Positions 10,089 through 19,769 of a stretch of DNA of 64,000 bases are shown one piece after another. The stretch is taken from positions 91,574 to 155,573 of the forward strand of contig JBAYHD010000001.1 in assembly GCA_041666305.1 (NCBI GenBank), in the 5' to 3' direction. The notes beneath the pieces are model-generated. The model was not told the DNA's origin, did not search any database, and saw only the letters and a program-made list of their open reading frames with translations. This DNA is from Minisyncoccota bacterium. GTDB lineage: Bacteria; Patescibacteriota; Minisyncoccia; Phycocordibacterales; Phycocordibacteraceae. A program made the translations under genes and the position numbers. Numbering within the stretch: position 1 is the first letter of the stretch; each line of letters begins with the position of its first letter.

Positions 10089-11237
10089 ATGCGAACTATT
10101 CGCGACATAAAAGTTTTTGAAAATATTCCGATACTGGTGCGCGCGGCATTGAACGTGCCTATTGAAAACGGAAACGTGGTCAATGATTATCGCTTGCGCC
10201 GAGCGGTACCGACCATCGCGTATCTGCAAGCGCGAGGAGCAAAAGTAATTCTCATCAGCCACATCGGTGAACAGGGGACCGAGACGCTTGCGCCGGTTGC
10301 GGCGGCTCTCAAAGGACTCGTCCAAGGCATTTCATTTTTCCCTGAAACCGTCGGTGAGCGGGCGCGCGCCGCCATTCGCGAACTCGCGCCCGGGCAAGTC
10401 TTGATGTTGGAAAATTTACGGCGCGACAAGGGGGAAACGAGGAATGAGCCGGTATTTGCGAAAGAGCTCGCCGCACTCGCGGATGTGTTCGTGGAGGATT
10501 CTTTTGATACGTGCCATCGCTTGCACGCGTCCATCGTCGGCGTGCCCAAATTGCTCCCTTCCTATGCCGGCCTTTTGCTTGAGCAGGAAATCGAAGCCTT
10601 GTCGCAGGCGCTCACACCGAAACATCCGGCACTCGCCGTCATTGGTGGAGCGAAATTCAATACGAAGGAGGATGTTCTTTCCACCCTTCTCAAGGCATAC
10701 GACCATGTGTTCGTCGGCGGTGCGCTCGCGAATGATTTTCTCAAGGCTTCGGGGCAGGAAGTCGGGGCTTCACTCGTTTCGAATGCCGAGGAGAACGCGA
10801 TTAAAAAACTTCTCGCAAATCCAAAACTTGTGTTGCCGGTGGATTCCATTGTCATACCTTCAACTGCGGTCGGGACGATGAACGCACGCGCCGAAGCGCG
10901 CGTCGCGTCTTTGGGGCAAGTGCGCCCCAATGAAGTCATTCTCGACCACGGACCCGGCACTAACACGCTCTTGCACAATCTCGCCCATAAAGCGAAGACC
11001 ATCCTCTGGAATGGTCCTTTGGGAAATTACGAGAACGGATTTATCGACGCGACCGATTCATTCGCGCGCGCCGTTGCCTCTTCCGGTGCACACTCAGTGG
11101 TCGGTGGTGGCGACACAGTCGCTTCCATTGAGGGCCTCGGACTTCTGCCGCGCTTCTCTTTTGTCTCCACCGGCGGCGGCGCGATGCTTGATTTCCTCGC
11201 CAAAGGCACGCTTCCCGGAATTGATGCCCTCGGCTAG
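10089..11237 (+). CDS. pgk: phosphoglycerate kinase
   Basis: 382 aa; PGK N- and C-domain motifs (ILISHIGEQG, VIGGAKF, GGGDT). Confidence 0.9.
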   Translation: MRTIRDIKVFENIPILVRAALNVPIENGNVVNDYRLRRAVPTIAYLQARGAKVILISHIGEQGTETLAPVAAALKGLVQGISFFPETVGERARAAIRELAPGQVLMLENLRRDKGETRNEPVFAKELAALADVFVEDSFDTCHRLHASIVGVPKLLPSYAGLLLEQEIEALSQALTPKHPALAVIGGAKFNTKEDVLSTLLKAYDHVFVGGALANDFLKASGQEVGASLVSNAEENAIKKLLANPKLVLPVDSIVIPSTAVGTMNARAEARVASLGQVRPNEVILDHGPGTNTLLHNLAHKAKTILWNGPLGNYENGFIDATDSFARAVASSGAHSVVGGGDTVASIEGLGLLPRFSFVSTGGGAMLDFLAKGTLPGIDALG

Positions 11238-11638
11238 CCGAGCGCCTGACGTATCTTTTCTGCGTTTTCTGACAAATTATTTTTATCTCCCTTTGCACCA
11301 TTCTTGGGGAAAACCCAAATGTGTGCGTGTGCGACTTCGTCGCCGACGATTCTCGAGAGTATCCAGTCGGTATCGAACGCCTTTTGCTGCGCTTTGGCAA
11401 TTTTTCTGACTACTTCAAAATATTCTCCGACATTCGGCACGTCCCAGACCCAGCGGTAGTGCGTCTTTGGAATAACTTGAGCATGTCCCGGAGCCTGTGG
11501 GTGAATGTCCAAAAAGGCGAGATAGTTCTCGTCTTCATATATTTTTGTCGCGGGAATCTCCCCGCTGACAATTTTGCAAAAAATACAGCCTGCCCCGTTT
11601 GAACGCGAGTCTTCGAGCTTTCTAATGGGGTCATCCAT
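11234..11638 (-). CDS. HIT family hydrolase
   Basis: start at MDDPIRK; CIFCKI zinc motif and histidine triad HAHIWV. Confidence 0.75.
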   Translation of the reverse strand: MDDPIRKLEDSRSNGAGCIFCKIVSGEIPATKIYEDENYLAFLDIHPQAPGHAQVIPKTHYRWVWDVPNVGEYFEVVRKIAKAQQKAFDTDWILSRIVGDEVAHAHIWVFPKNGAKGDKNNLSENAEKIRQALG

Positions 11639-11700
11639 TGCGAAACAGTATACCCCGTAGTAGAGCTTTGCTTCACTACAGGGTATACAATGCTCTGCAC

Positions 11701-13461
11701 ATGTTCCCGCTCCATGATCCGCTCGATGACACAGTGCGCGCAGAACTTTCTGCATACGACGATTTAACCGCGGCGCTGCTTGCGCGCCGCGGCGTCGTGA
11801 CGAAAGAAGATGCCGAGAAATTCCTCAATCCGTCATATGACCTGCATCTGCATGACCCGCTCCTGATGACGGACATGCGGAAAGCCGCGGAGAGATTTGC
11901 GCGCGCAATTCTCTCGCAAGAAAAAATTGCGGTGTGGAGCGACTATGATTGCGATGGCATCCCCGGCGGCGTGCTTCTCCACGATTTTTTGAAAAAAGTC
12001 GAAGCGAATTTTGAGAACTACATTCCGCATCGGCATGAAGAAGGATACGGAATGAATGTCGCGGGTATAGAAAAATTAGCGAAGGGCGGCGCGAAACTTA
12101 TCGTCACCGTCGATTCTGGCATCACTGATATAGAGCCCATCGCGCGTGCAAAAGAACTTGGTATGGAGGTTATTGTCACTGATCATCACTTACCGGGAGA
12201 AAAATTGCCGGACGCATTCGCGATTCTGAATCCAAACGCACGAGAGGACGAAACATATCCGTTCAAAAGTCTGTGCGGCTCGGGCGTCGCGTGGAAGCTC
12301 GTCGTTGCAACGATACAAATTATGAAAGGCTTGCCCGGTACCAAATCAGATTTGGTACCGGGGTGGGAGAAGTGGCTCCTCGATATGGTAGGGCTCGCGA
12401 CCATCGCCGATATGGTCCCGCTTGTGGGTGAAAATCGCCTGCTCGCTACCTACGGCCTTCTCGTGATGCGAAAGTCTCCGCGCATTGGATTGCAGAAATT
12501 GCTCCGGGGTATGCGCGTGAACCAGCGAAGTATTACCGAGGACGACATTGGTTTTATGATCGCCCCGCGCGTGAACGCCGCGAGCAGAATGGGAGAAGCA
12601 CGCGACGCCTTTCAACTTTTTACGACGACCGATGAAAGCGAGGCCGATGCGCTTGCGAAGAAATTGGAAGCAGCAAACCGGCAACGAAAAGCTGCTGCGG
12701 GCGCCATCACGCGAGCAGTGCACACGCGACTCAAAGAGCGCGGGGAACCTCGCGCCATCATCGCACTCGGCGATCCGGAATGGCGACCATCATTGCTTGG
12801 GCTCGTCGCGGGCAATATTGCCGACGAATATGAGCGACCGGTGTTCCTTTGGGGAAGGGAAGGAAATATGAGTTTGAAGGGCTCATTCAGAAGCGGTGGG
12901 TTCACGCAGACGATGGAGCTTTTGCGCGCGACTGAAAACGTCTTTGCGCAGTTCGGCGGACACGCGGCCGCAGGGGGTTTCACTGTCCTTGATACTGAAG
13001 TGTTCTTCCTCGAAGACCGTTTGAATGCCACCTACGAGCAACTTGCCCCGTTAGAGCAGGACGACGACCTGTCTCTAATGGGGCGCGCCGATGCAATCAT
13101 CACCCCACTCGAAGCGACGCTCGCGTATCTGAAAAAGGTCGAGCGTCTCGCTCCCTTCGGCATGAGCAATCCCAAACCGGTGTTCTTGCTCCGCGAGGTT
13201 GCCGTGCGCGAGGTTTCCCGCTTCGGAAAAGCACAGGAACATTTGAAATTGAAGATTGAGGTAAACGATGGCAATGAGAGTATCGATGCCGTCACCTTTT
13301 TCGTCAAAGGCGCAATCGCACGCACGGCTGATGCACTCGTACGCGGCAGCCGCGCAAACCTTCTCGCGCACCTCGAACGCGACACCTTCTCCCGCGGCAA
13401 CCCGCCCCAAAGGGGCCCCTTCGGGGTCCGCCTGCGACTTTTGGATATTCGTCTAACATGA
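11701..13461 (+). CDS. recJ: single-stranded-DNA-specific exonuclease RecJ
   Basis: DHH (VWSDYDCDG, VTDHH) and DHHA1 motifs; start at MFPLHD (ATG 11701). Confidence 0.85.
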   Translation: MFPLHDPLDDTVRAELSAYDDLTAALLARRGVVTKEDAEKFLNPSYDLHLHDPLLMTDMRKAAERFARAILSQEKIAVWSDYDCDGIPGGVLLHDFLKKVEANFENYIPHRHEEGYGMNVAGIEKLAKGGAKLIVTVDSGITDIEPIARAKELGMEVIVTDHHLPGEKLPDAFAILNPNAREDETYPFKSLCGSGVAWKLVVATIQIMKGLPGTKSDLVPGWEKWLLDMVGLATIADMVPLVGENRLLATYGLLVMRKSPRIGLQKLLRGMRVNQRSITEDDIGFMIAPRVNAASRMGEARDAFQLFTTTDESEADALAKKLEAANRQRKAAAGAITRAVHTRLKERGEPRAIIALGDPEWRPSLLGLVAGNIADEYERPVFLWGREGNMSLKGSFRSGGFTQTMELLRATENVFAQFGGHAAAGGFTVLDTEVFFLEDRLNATYEQLAPLEQDDDLSLMGRADAIITPLEATLAYLKKVERLAPFGMSNPKPVFLLREVAVREVSRFGKAQEHLKLKIEVNDGNESIDAVTFFVKGAIARTADALVRGSRANLLAHLERDTFSRGNPPQRGPFGVRLRLLDIRLT

Positions 13462-13514
13462 AAACAGAAACCGCTCGAACAGACGCGGTTTGTTCAAGCG
13501 ATTGGCGGTGCAGT

Positions 13515-13763
13515 TCACTCTTGCCGGGATTCCGCAATGTCTGCCCCAAGTTGGGGGCGAATGCAAGCCACATTGATATGATTCCCCGGCGGCGTCCTTT
13601 CGATTAGAAAGACCCCCTCCTTCAGTAGTTCTTTGATTGCTGCAGCCATGTCGGCCTGGCAGTCATTACACATGCACCCGCGATTACCGTGTTCGGTGTA
13701 CTGTAGTTGTCTAAAGATTGTCAGCAATCTTCTGCCACAATTCTTAATGTCATTGGACTCCAT
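13515..13763 (-). CDS. hypothetical small Cys-containing protein
   Basis: 82 aa ORF in a 400-nt recJ-rnhA gap; weak support. Confidence 0.2.
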   Translation of the reverse strand: MESNDIKNCGRRLLTIFRQLQYTEHGNRGCMCNDCQADMAAAIKELLKEGVFLIERTPPGNHINVACIRPQLGADIAESRQE

Positions 13764-13859
13764 CGCGCTCTCCTTTCTCGGGAAACAGTCCCGTCTGATG
13801 CAACAGTACTTCCGTAAGGAGTAATGTCAAACTCTTGCTCGCTGGGGTATAGTACCGAC

Positions 13860-14276
13860 ATGCAATTCACCATCCACGCCGACGGCGGGTCGCGAGGGAA
13901 CCCGGGACCCAGCGGCGCGGGTGCGATGATACGCGACCACTTGGGGAATTCGGTCGCGAGCGTTTCGCAATTCCTCGGTACCCGCACAAACAACTACGCC
14001 GAGTATGAGGCGGTCATTCTCGCATTTGAAACATTGGCGAAGCTCTTGAAAGGGAAGACGGGCTCGGTGGAGGTGGCCGTGAAGATGGACAGCCAGCTGG
14101 TCGTGAAGCAAATGAAAGGAGAATACAAAGTGAAGCATCCGGTGATGAAAGAACAGCAGGCGCGCCTCCTCCAAATCATCGGCGCATTCGGAAAAATATC
14201 TTTCACTCATGTGTTCCGCGAAGAAAACTCTGACGCCGACGCCCTCGCCAACGAAGCGATGGATAGGGGAGTATAG
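13860..14276 (+). CDS. rnhA: ribonuclease HI
   Basis: DGGSRGNPGP...AEY...D catalytic pattern of RNase H; start at MQFTIHADGG. Confidence 0.8.
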   Translation: MQFTIHADGGSRGNPGPSGAGAMIRDHLGNSVASVSQFLGTRTNNYAEYEAVILAFETLAKLLKGKTGSVEVAVKMDSQLVVKQMKGEYKVKHPVMKEQQARLLQIIGAFGKISFTHVFREENSDADALANEAMDRGV

Positions 14277-14278
14277 CC

Positions 14279-14713
14279 ATGACCGACTTCTCAAAATTTT
14301 TAGTAAAGCAGTACAAACACTGGGGCGTCTATGTGCACGAGAATCAAAACTACCTCGGTCGGTGCGTCGTCTGGTGCGATCGTGCGGACGCGAAACATCT
14401 GACTGACGCCACAGAGGCGGAGCGCGACGAGCTATTCTCGATATTGAAAGAACTTCAGAACGCTTCGGCCGCCGCCTTCGGCGGCGAGTGGTTCAATTTT
14501 GCATTTCTTGGAAATGGAACGCCTCATCTGCATTGCCATTTCGTACCGCGCTACTCCGCAGAAAAAGAATTTGAGGGGGTGCTATTCAAGGATGAGCAGT
14601 GGGGGCACAATTACCGCACCGACCACTCTTTTGTGACGCCGCCAGAAGTGCTTGAGAAAATCAGAACGAAAATGGCTGACGCCCTCGCGAACGAAGCGAT
14701 TGCTCGCAGCTAA
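14279..14713 (+). CDS. HIT family protein
   Basis: HLHCHFVPR histidine triad; 144 aa. Confidence 0.7.
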   Translation: MTDFSKFLVKQYKHWGVYVHENQNYLGRCVVWCDRADAKHLTDATEAERDELFSILKELQNASAAAFGGEWFNFAFLGNGTPHLHCHFVPRYSAEKEFEGVLFKDEQWGHNYRTDHSFVTPPEVLEKIRTKMADALANEAIARS

Positions 14714-14741
14714 GAATTTCATGGGGGTTGAGGAAATTTTT

Positions 14742-15539
14742 ATGGAACAAGCGGATCTGATGCGATCTGCTGCGAATTTGCTGGAGGTCAGAAAGAAAAA
14801 AATTCCTCCTCAGGTACATGAAAAGCTCACGACGGAAGATATAACAGTGCGTATCTTCAAAGGAAGATCAATCCGGCTTTACGCGGATATTCTTAATTTT
14901 CTGGCTGGTGAGATTCAAAGAGGCGATGCTTATTCGCATTATTTCTTACTACCTCATACTCGTACTCTTTTGGATATTTTTTCGCGTTTTGTGCGTCTAC
15001 AGGAATGTGACTCAGTAAAGCAAGCTTTGATTTGTATAGGATACCAACTAAAAACTTGCAGGTGGGAAATACCTCTGTACTCAAATGCCCTAAAGCTTTA
15101 TGGCCCTTTTCTCTCAGAGAAAGGCGTTTTGTTTCCGCAAGATCCTGCTCTATTTGATGAGAGGGACCACATTTGGAAGAGAGATCTTTCGTTTGGTAAA
15201 ATGAAGGATCTCCTTGAAATTCAGCGCGTTAAAGATCTTTCGATTTATACTCGGGATGTTTTTGTGGGTGGTGTGGTTGATAAAATGTATGGTCCTTTTT
15301 CAGAATTCGTGCATGGAAATCCATACCAATATACGGGAGAAAGTCACAACGAGCGTTTTTGGGTAGCCGCAACTACTATTTCGACAACCGCATATTTTAT
15401 AGAACTTATCGATAGATATACACTAGATTGGCAAAAACCAGCAGACGCTCGAATGTGGCTCGGGGCTGCCAACAAAGCTAGGCTTAAACTAATCGATTTG
15501 TGGCGTTTGCAAATTGCCAAAAGACAACAGTCCACCTGA
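14742..15539 (+). CDS. hypothetical protein in an AT-rich compositional island
   Basis: 265 aa; RBS gaggaaa before ATG 14742; local GC clearly lower (~40-45%) than flanking genes; no domain recognised. Confidence 0.5.
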   Translation: MEQADLMRSAANLLEVRKKKIPPQVHEKLTTEDITVRIFKGRSIRLYADILNFLAGEIQRGDAYSHYFLLPHTRTLLDIFSRFVRLQECDSVKQALICIGYQLKTCRWEIPLYSNALKLYGPFLSEKGVLFPQDPALFDERDHIWKRDLSFGKMKDLLEIQRVKDLSIYTRDVFVGGVVDKMYGPFSEFVHGNPYQYTGESHNERFWVAATTISTTAYFIELIDRYTLDWQKPADARMWLGAANKARLKLIDLWRLQIAKRQQST

Positions 15540-15543
15540 ATGC

Positions 15544-17031
15544 ATGTCTGCTCTCGTCATCATCGTTTCGGGATTTGCGAGCGGGGTGGGGGTAAGGTCA
15601 ATTTTTTTGTTTAGCTGGGAGCCAGTGGCGTTTGTGTTGATTCTTGCGGCGCTGTTTGGCGGAGCAATACTTTTTGCAGAATCGCGACGGGTGTACTCAC
15701 TCGCCGCGATGTTCTTGCTGTGCGTTGCGTTCGGGATGGTGCGTTCGGCAGTTGCCGACACTCCCGCACCGGAGGCGTTTACGCGCGACCTGAGACATCG
15801 CGTGCAATATGAGGGTGTGGTGGTGAGCGATCCTGATGTGCGCGAAAAGAATCAACGAATTGGGATTGAAGTGCAGGGCGTCGGCATGCTTGCGGTGATG
15901 CCGCTCTCAGCTGATGTAAAAGTCGGCGACCGCGTGCGCGTGTATGGCACACTCTCGCTCCCGCAAGCATTTGAGACCGACAATGGGAGAACATTCCGTT
16001 ACGATAAATATCTGCAGGCGCGCGGTATCCGCTTCTTGATCCAATTCGGTTCAATTCATACAGTGGAACCGGCTCCGTGGCATTCACTCCCTGCCGCACT
16101 TGCGCGCGTGAAGCATGCATTCCTTGATGGGCTCAACCGCGCACTGCCGAAACCTGACTCGGCGCTCGCAGGCGGCATCGTCATCGGCGGGAAGCAGGGG
16201 CTCGGTTCTGCGCTTCAAGATGCGTTCACTCGCTCGGGGCTCGTGCAAATAATCGTGCTCTCCGGCTACAACGTGATGATAGTTGCCGAGTGGGTGATGA
16301 TATTTCTCTCGCTCTTCGCACTCCCTCGCTGGCTCCGCTACGCCGCCGGCGGGGCAGGGCTCTTGCTCTTCGTCGGCATCGCCGGCATCTCTTCCACAGC
16401 CGTGCGCGCCGCTATTATGGCCGTCATCGCGCTTTATGCTCGTGCGACCGGGCGTTCTTACGCCGCGAGCCGTGCACTCCTCTTCGCCGTTCTCCTGATG
16501 CTCATTTGGAATCCTCTCTATCTCATTTTTGATCCCGGCTTCGGCCTCTCCGTCGCCGCGACGGCCGGTATCATTTGGCTCGCACCAATTATCGAATCGC
16601 GTCTCATGCGTCTCTGGCCATTCCTGCGCAACGTTCTCGCGACAACACTCGCGGCGCAAATTTCAGTGCTTCCGCTTTTGCTCTACAACATCGGCCTCTT
16701 CTCGCTCGTCGCGATACCCGCGAACCTGCTCGTCAATCCGCTTGTCCCGCTTGCGATGGCATTCGCGGCCGTTGCGGGCATCGTTGGTATGACCATCGGC
16801 TCGTTTGTTCCTCTTATCGCGACCGTTGTGGGATATCCCGCCTATCTTCTCACGCGCTATTTCATATTCATCGCAGAAAAAAGTTCCGCACTGCCATATG
16901 CAGCATTCAACTTGCCCTTATTTTCGTTCGGGCTCGTGCTCGCTGCCTACGCGATCCTTATTTATTTTGCGTCGTCAAAACGCTTTTCAACCACCGACCA
17001 ATTCAAGTTGGCGAAGAAAGCGTCAATATAA
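15544..17031 (+). CDS. comEC: ComEC/Rec2-family competence membrane channel (no C-terminal metallo-beta-lactamase domain)
   Basis: DUF4131-like N-terminus plus polytopic competence domain (LVQIIVLSGYNV...); 3' end overlaps sodA 3' end by 70 nt. Confidence 0.7.
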   Translation: MSALVIIVSGFASGVGVRSIFLFSWEPVAFVLILAALFGGAILFAESRRVYSLAAMFLLCVAFGMVRSAVADTPAPEAFTRDLRHRVQYEGVVVSDPDVREKNQRIGIEVQGVGMLAVMPLSADVKVGDRVRVYGTLSLPQAFETDNGRTFRYDKYLQARGIRFLIQFGSIHTVEPAPWHSLPAALARVKHAFLDGLNRALPKPDSALAGGIVIGGKQGLGSALQDAFTRSGLVQIIVLSGYNVMIVAEWVMIFLSLFALPRWLRYAAGGAGLLLFVGIAGISSTAVRAAIMAVIALYARATGRSYAASRALLFAVLLMLIWNPLYLIFDPGFGLSVAATAGIIWLAPIIESRLMRLWPFLRNVLATTLAAQISVLPLLLYNIGLFSLVAIPANLLVNPLVPLAMAFAAVAGIVGMTIGSFVPLIATVVGYPAYLLTRYFIFIAEKSSALPYAAFNLPLFSFGLVLAAYAILIYFASSKRFSTTDQFKLAKKASI

Positions 17032-17561
17032 TTTTTCTTATCAGCGGGCACATAATCCACCATATAGGCGTGCTCCCAGAGGTCGAGTGCGAGCAGTATC
17101 GGCAATCCGGCGAGCTGACCGACTTCGTGATCCGCGACGAATGCCGTGTGGATGGTGTTTCCCTGCGTGTCTTTATAGACCACGACCCAGCCGATGCCGC
17201 GCGTGCTCGCGACTTCTCTAATGTGTGCCTCTAAACTTTTTTCTCCATACTTTTCTTTCACAGCATTTGAGAGTGCGCTCCCTGCCTCCAGCTCACTGCC
17301 TCCTGCCTCCAGCTGTGCGAAGTACAGCTCATGCATACGCATGCCGTCAAACTCAAATCCGAGCCGGCGACGAAGTTCCGAGATTGCGAGCTTATCGCCT
17401 TCGGTCGCCTTATCGCCATACGCCGCATAGCCCTTAAGTGTTTCCATAATAAGATTCACATTTTTCACATAGCCCTCATACAATGCGAGATGCACTTTAA
17501 TTTGTTTCTCCGACAGCCCCGAGAGGGCAGAGAGGTTGAATGTTTTTGCGGTGTAGGTCAT
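16962..17561 (-). CDS. sodA: Fe/Mn superoxide dismutase
   Basis: DLWEHAYY metal-binding motif and N-terminal His ligands; start at MTYTAKTF; contains an in-frame 18-nt tandem repeat (ELEAGS x2). Confidence 0.9.
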   Translation of the reverse strand: MTYTAKTFNLSALSGLSEKQIKVHLALYEGYVKNVNLIMETLKGYAAYGDKATEGDKLAISELRRRLGFEFDGMRMHELYFAQLEAGGSELEAGSALSNAVKEKYGEKSLEAHIREVASTRGIGWVVVYKDTQGNTIHTAFVADHEVGQLAGLPILLALDLWEHAYMVDYVPADKKNYIDAFFANLNWSVVEKRFDDAK

Positions 17562-17627
17562 ATGCTCAAAATGTATCACACCCGCCTCGCGGGTGTGATT
17601 AATTAAGGATTTACGAAACCCTTAATT

Positions 17628-17870
17628 TTAAATAGCTCCGGCTTTCTTGAGTGCGGCGAAAGCGCCATTCTTCTTGATGGTCTTGAGTCCCTTCACGGAG
17701 ACGTCGACGATGACGGTCTTTTTGAGCTCGGGTACGTAAATGCGGCGCTTCTGGAGATTTGCCTTGCGGCGGACTTTGCCGGTGGGGTTGTATTGCGTCG
17801 CGCGGGTGCGATTAGAGTACCGCCCGCCGATTTGCGTGCTTTTGCCAGTGATTTCACAAGCGCGTGCCAT
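17628..17870 (-). CDS. rpmB: 50S ribosomal protein L28
   Basis: 80 aa from MARACEITGK...; typical L28 sequence; longer ORF-track N-terminus rejected. Confidence 0.85.
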   Translation of the reverse strand: MARACEITGKSTQIGGRYSNRTRATQYNPTGKVRRKANLQKRRIYVPELKKTVIVDVSVKGLKTIKKNGAFAALKKAGAI

Positions 17871-18049
17871 AGTCCCCGCATGGTAGCATAAGAACTCAAA
17901 CCAGCAAACATGCCCGGTAGGACTAAATGGCGTCATGCCTTGTGCTCCTGACATAGATTGCCCTTCTAATACAAAACATGCACTATATCCGTATGGAAAA
18001 ATTTTATCCGTTTGGCATAAGGAGCAACGCCATTTTGTCCTAACCGGGT

Positions 18050-18685
18050 ATGGCCACTATTCTAGCCCTCGTTGTCCTTATTCTCTCCATCATCGTCCAC
18101 GAGGTGGCGCACGGCTACGCCGCCAATTCACTCGGTGACCCCACGGCGCGTCTTGCCGGCCGTCTCACTCTCAATCCCATTCCGCACATCGACCTTATGG
18201 GCTCTGTCGTTATTCCGGCACTTTTGGTGTTCACTCAATCACCGATCATGTTCGGTTGGGCAAAACCGGTGCCATACAATCCCTACAACCTCACGAATCA
18301 CCGGTGGGGCGAGGCGCTTGTCGCGCTTGCCGGCAGTGCGACGAATATCCTGCTCGCTGTTATCTTCGGACTTATCGTGCGTTTTTCTTCAACGCTCGGA
18401 CTCGACCAAACCGCGCTTTCGTTCGCCGCGACCATCGCATTCATCAATCTCTTCCTCGGCCTTTTCAACCTCATTCCGTTCCCGCCCTTGGACGGGTTCA
18501 CCGCACTTCGCTCTGTGCTTCCGTGGCATCTCGCTTCCGGCTTGAACCGTTTTGAACAAAAGGTTCGCACGATGGGGGCCCTCTCGCTCATTCTTTTTTT
18601 GCTCGCCTTCTCCTACATCTTCGCCGGACCGTTCTTCAATTTAGTGGTATGGGTTTTTGGACTTATCGCGGGTGCAGGGATATAG
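18050..18685 (+). CDS. site-2 protease / peptidase M50 family membrane metalloprotease
   Basis: HEVAHG HExxH motif in TM1, polytopic, LDGF motif. Confidence 0.7.
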   Translation: MATILALVVLILSIIVHEVAHGYAANSLGDPTARLAGRLTLNPIPHIDLMGSVVIPALLVFTQSPIMFGWAKPVPYNPYNLTNHRWGEALVALAGSATNILLAVIFGLIVRFSSTLGLDQTALSFAATIAFINLFLGLFNLIPFPPLDGFTALRSVLPWHLASGLNRFEQKVRTMGALSLILFLLAFSYIFAGPFFNLVVWVFGLIAGAGI

Positions 18686-18692
18686 TGCGCGT

Positions 18693-18953
18693 ATGGACTT
18701 CAATAAAATACCTAAACAGTTTTGCGAGAACGTTGTCGCAGGTCATTCGCAAGAAAATTTCGTGATGCTGATGAGCGTCGGAGAAAATGCGCAAGCCTAC
18801 GCGCTCACACCCGCTCATATGAAGCGCCTCGTGCAGAGCCTCTCGCACCAAGTGGAAGAATACGAAAAGAAATTCGGCCCTATTAATGCGAAGTGGTCTC
18901 CCGGCATCGAAAGCCCGCTGCAATCCAAAGACATAAAAGGGAGCGGGGCATAG
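18693..18953 (+). CDS. DUF3467-like small protein
   Basis: start at MDFNKIP; central ENFVMLMS-type motif typical of DUF3467. Confidence 0.5.
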   Translation: MDFNKIPKQFCENVVAGHSQENFVMLMSVGENAQAYALTPAHMKRLVQSLSHQVEEYEKKFGPINAKWSPGIESPLQSKDIKGSGA

Positions 18954-18997
18954 ATATAAAACGATGAAGCGATGAAGTGGTGCTAGCTTCATCGCCT

Positions 18998-19228
18998 CTA
19001 GAACCAGTTGTCGACTGGGCCTGAACTACATTTGACGCAAAGGACCTCTGTGACCATGGTAATAATCTGGTCATTAACCCGGACGTCCTGCGTTATCTCT
19101 CGCGTGCCAAAACCAGAAACGAACAGTCCGTGGCAATTACCGCATCGCAACTTTTGCCACTCTTGCTCTTTGGCTTGTCGTTCCGCCCGCTCTAAGAGCG
19201 AAAGTGTAAAACCGGATATCCTGTCCAT
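18998..19228 (-). CDS. small zinc-ribbon protein (CxxC...CxxC)
   Basis: 76 aa from MDRISGF; strong GGAGG RBS 7 nt upstream; two CxxC pairs. Confidence 0.45.
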   Translation of the reverse strand: MDRISGFTLSLLERAERQAKEQEWQKLRCGNCHGLFVSGFGTREITQDVRVNDQIITMVTEVLCVKCSSGPVDNWF

Positions 19229-19321
19229 AGTCTCTCCTCCCAAAGATCAAACCGCACAATAGAAGTATATAACTAACACCGCACGCGCTAGTCGTTGTGC
19301 ACTACTGCTATACTGGGGGCA

Positions 19322-19768
19322 ATGGAGTATCAGGTCCCGCAGTTCATTGAGGTTGAGGACAAGATTATAGGGCCTTTGACCTTGAAACAGTTCATTTACC
19401 TCGCCGGTGCAGCCGGGCTTTGTATCGTCTTTTTCGCGTATCTGCAAATCATATTGGCGATTTTCCTTTCCCTGCCAGTGGTAGCGTTCGCCGTGGCGCT
19501 CGCTTTTTACCGGTTGAACGGAAAACCATTCATTGAAGTGCTTGAAGCGGGTTTCAATTACTACGTCGGTGCGAAATTGTTCCTCTGGAAGCATCAGGTG
19601 CCGACGGCAGGGGAAACGAGCGCCGCGGCGGCCGCAGCGGCAGCCGCGGAGAGCGCCGCCCGCGTCCCGCGCGGCACTCCAAAGCTCACGCGCGGCAAAC
19701 TTTCCGAACTCGCGTGGTCGCTTGATGTAAAACCGGTGGGAGGTTTGTCGCCGAATTCAAAATCCTGA
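19322..19768 (+). CDS. PrgI-family (VirB3-like) T4SS membrane protein
   Basis: YQVPQFIEVEDKIIGPLTLKQFIYLAG + 2 TM, pattern of Gram-positive conjugation PrgI; directly precedes VirB4; poly-Ala C-tail. Confidence 0.65.
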   Translation: MEYQVPQFIEVEDKIIGPLTLKQFIYLAGAAGLCIVFFAYLQIILAIFLSLPVVAFAVALAFYRLNGKPFIEVLEAGFNYYVGAKLFLWKHQVPTAGETSAAAAAAAAAESAARVPRGTPKLTRGKLSELAWSLDVKPVGGLSPNSKS

Positions 19769-19769
19769 T

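Noticed and set aside
11638-11700. ORF-track N-terminal extension of recJ overlapping the HIT gene start
   Set aside because: The extension overlaps the divergent HIT start codon. The conserved RecJ sequence begins at MFPLHD (11701).
19600-19650. GCN-rich run gcggcggccgcagcggcagccgcgg resembling a simple repeat
   Set aside because: It encodes the poly-Ala C-terminal tail of the PrgI-family protein. This is low-complexity coding sequence, not a repeat element.
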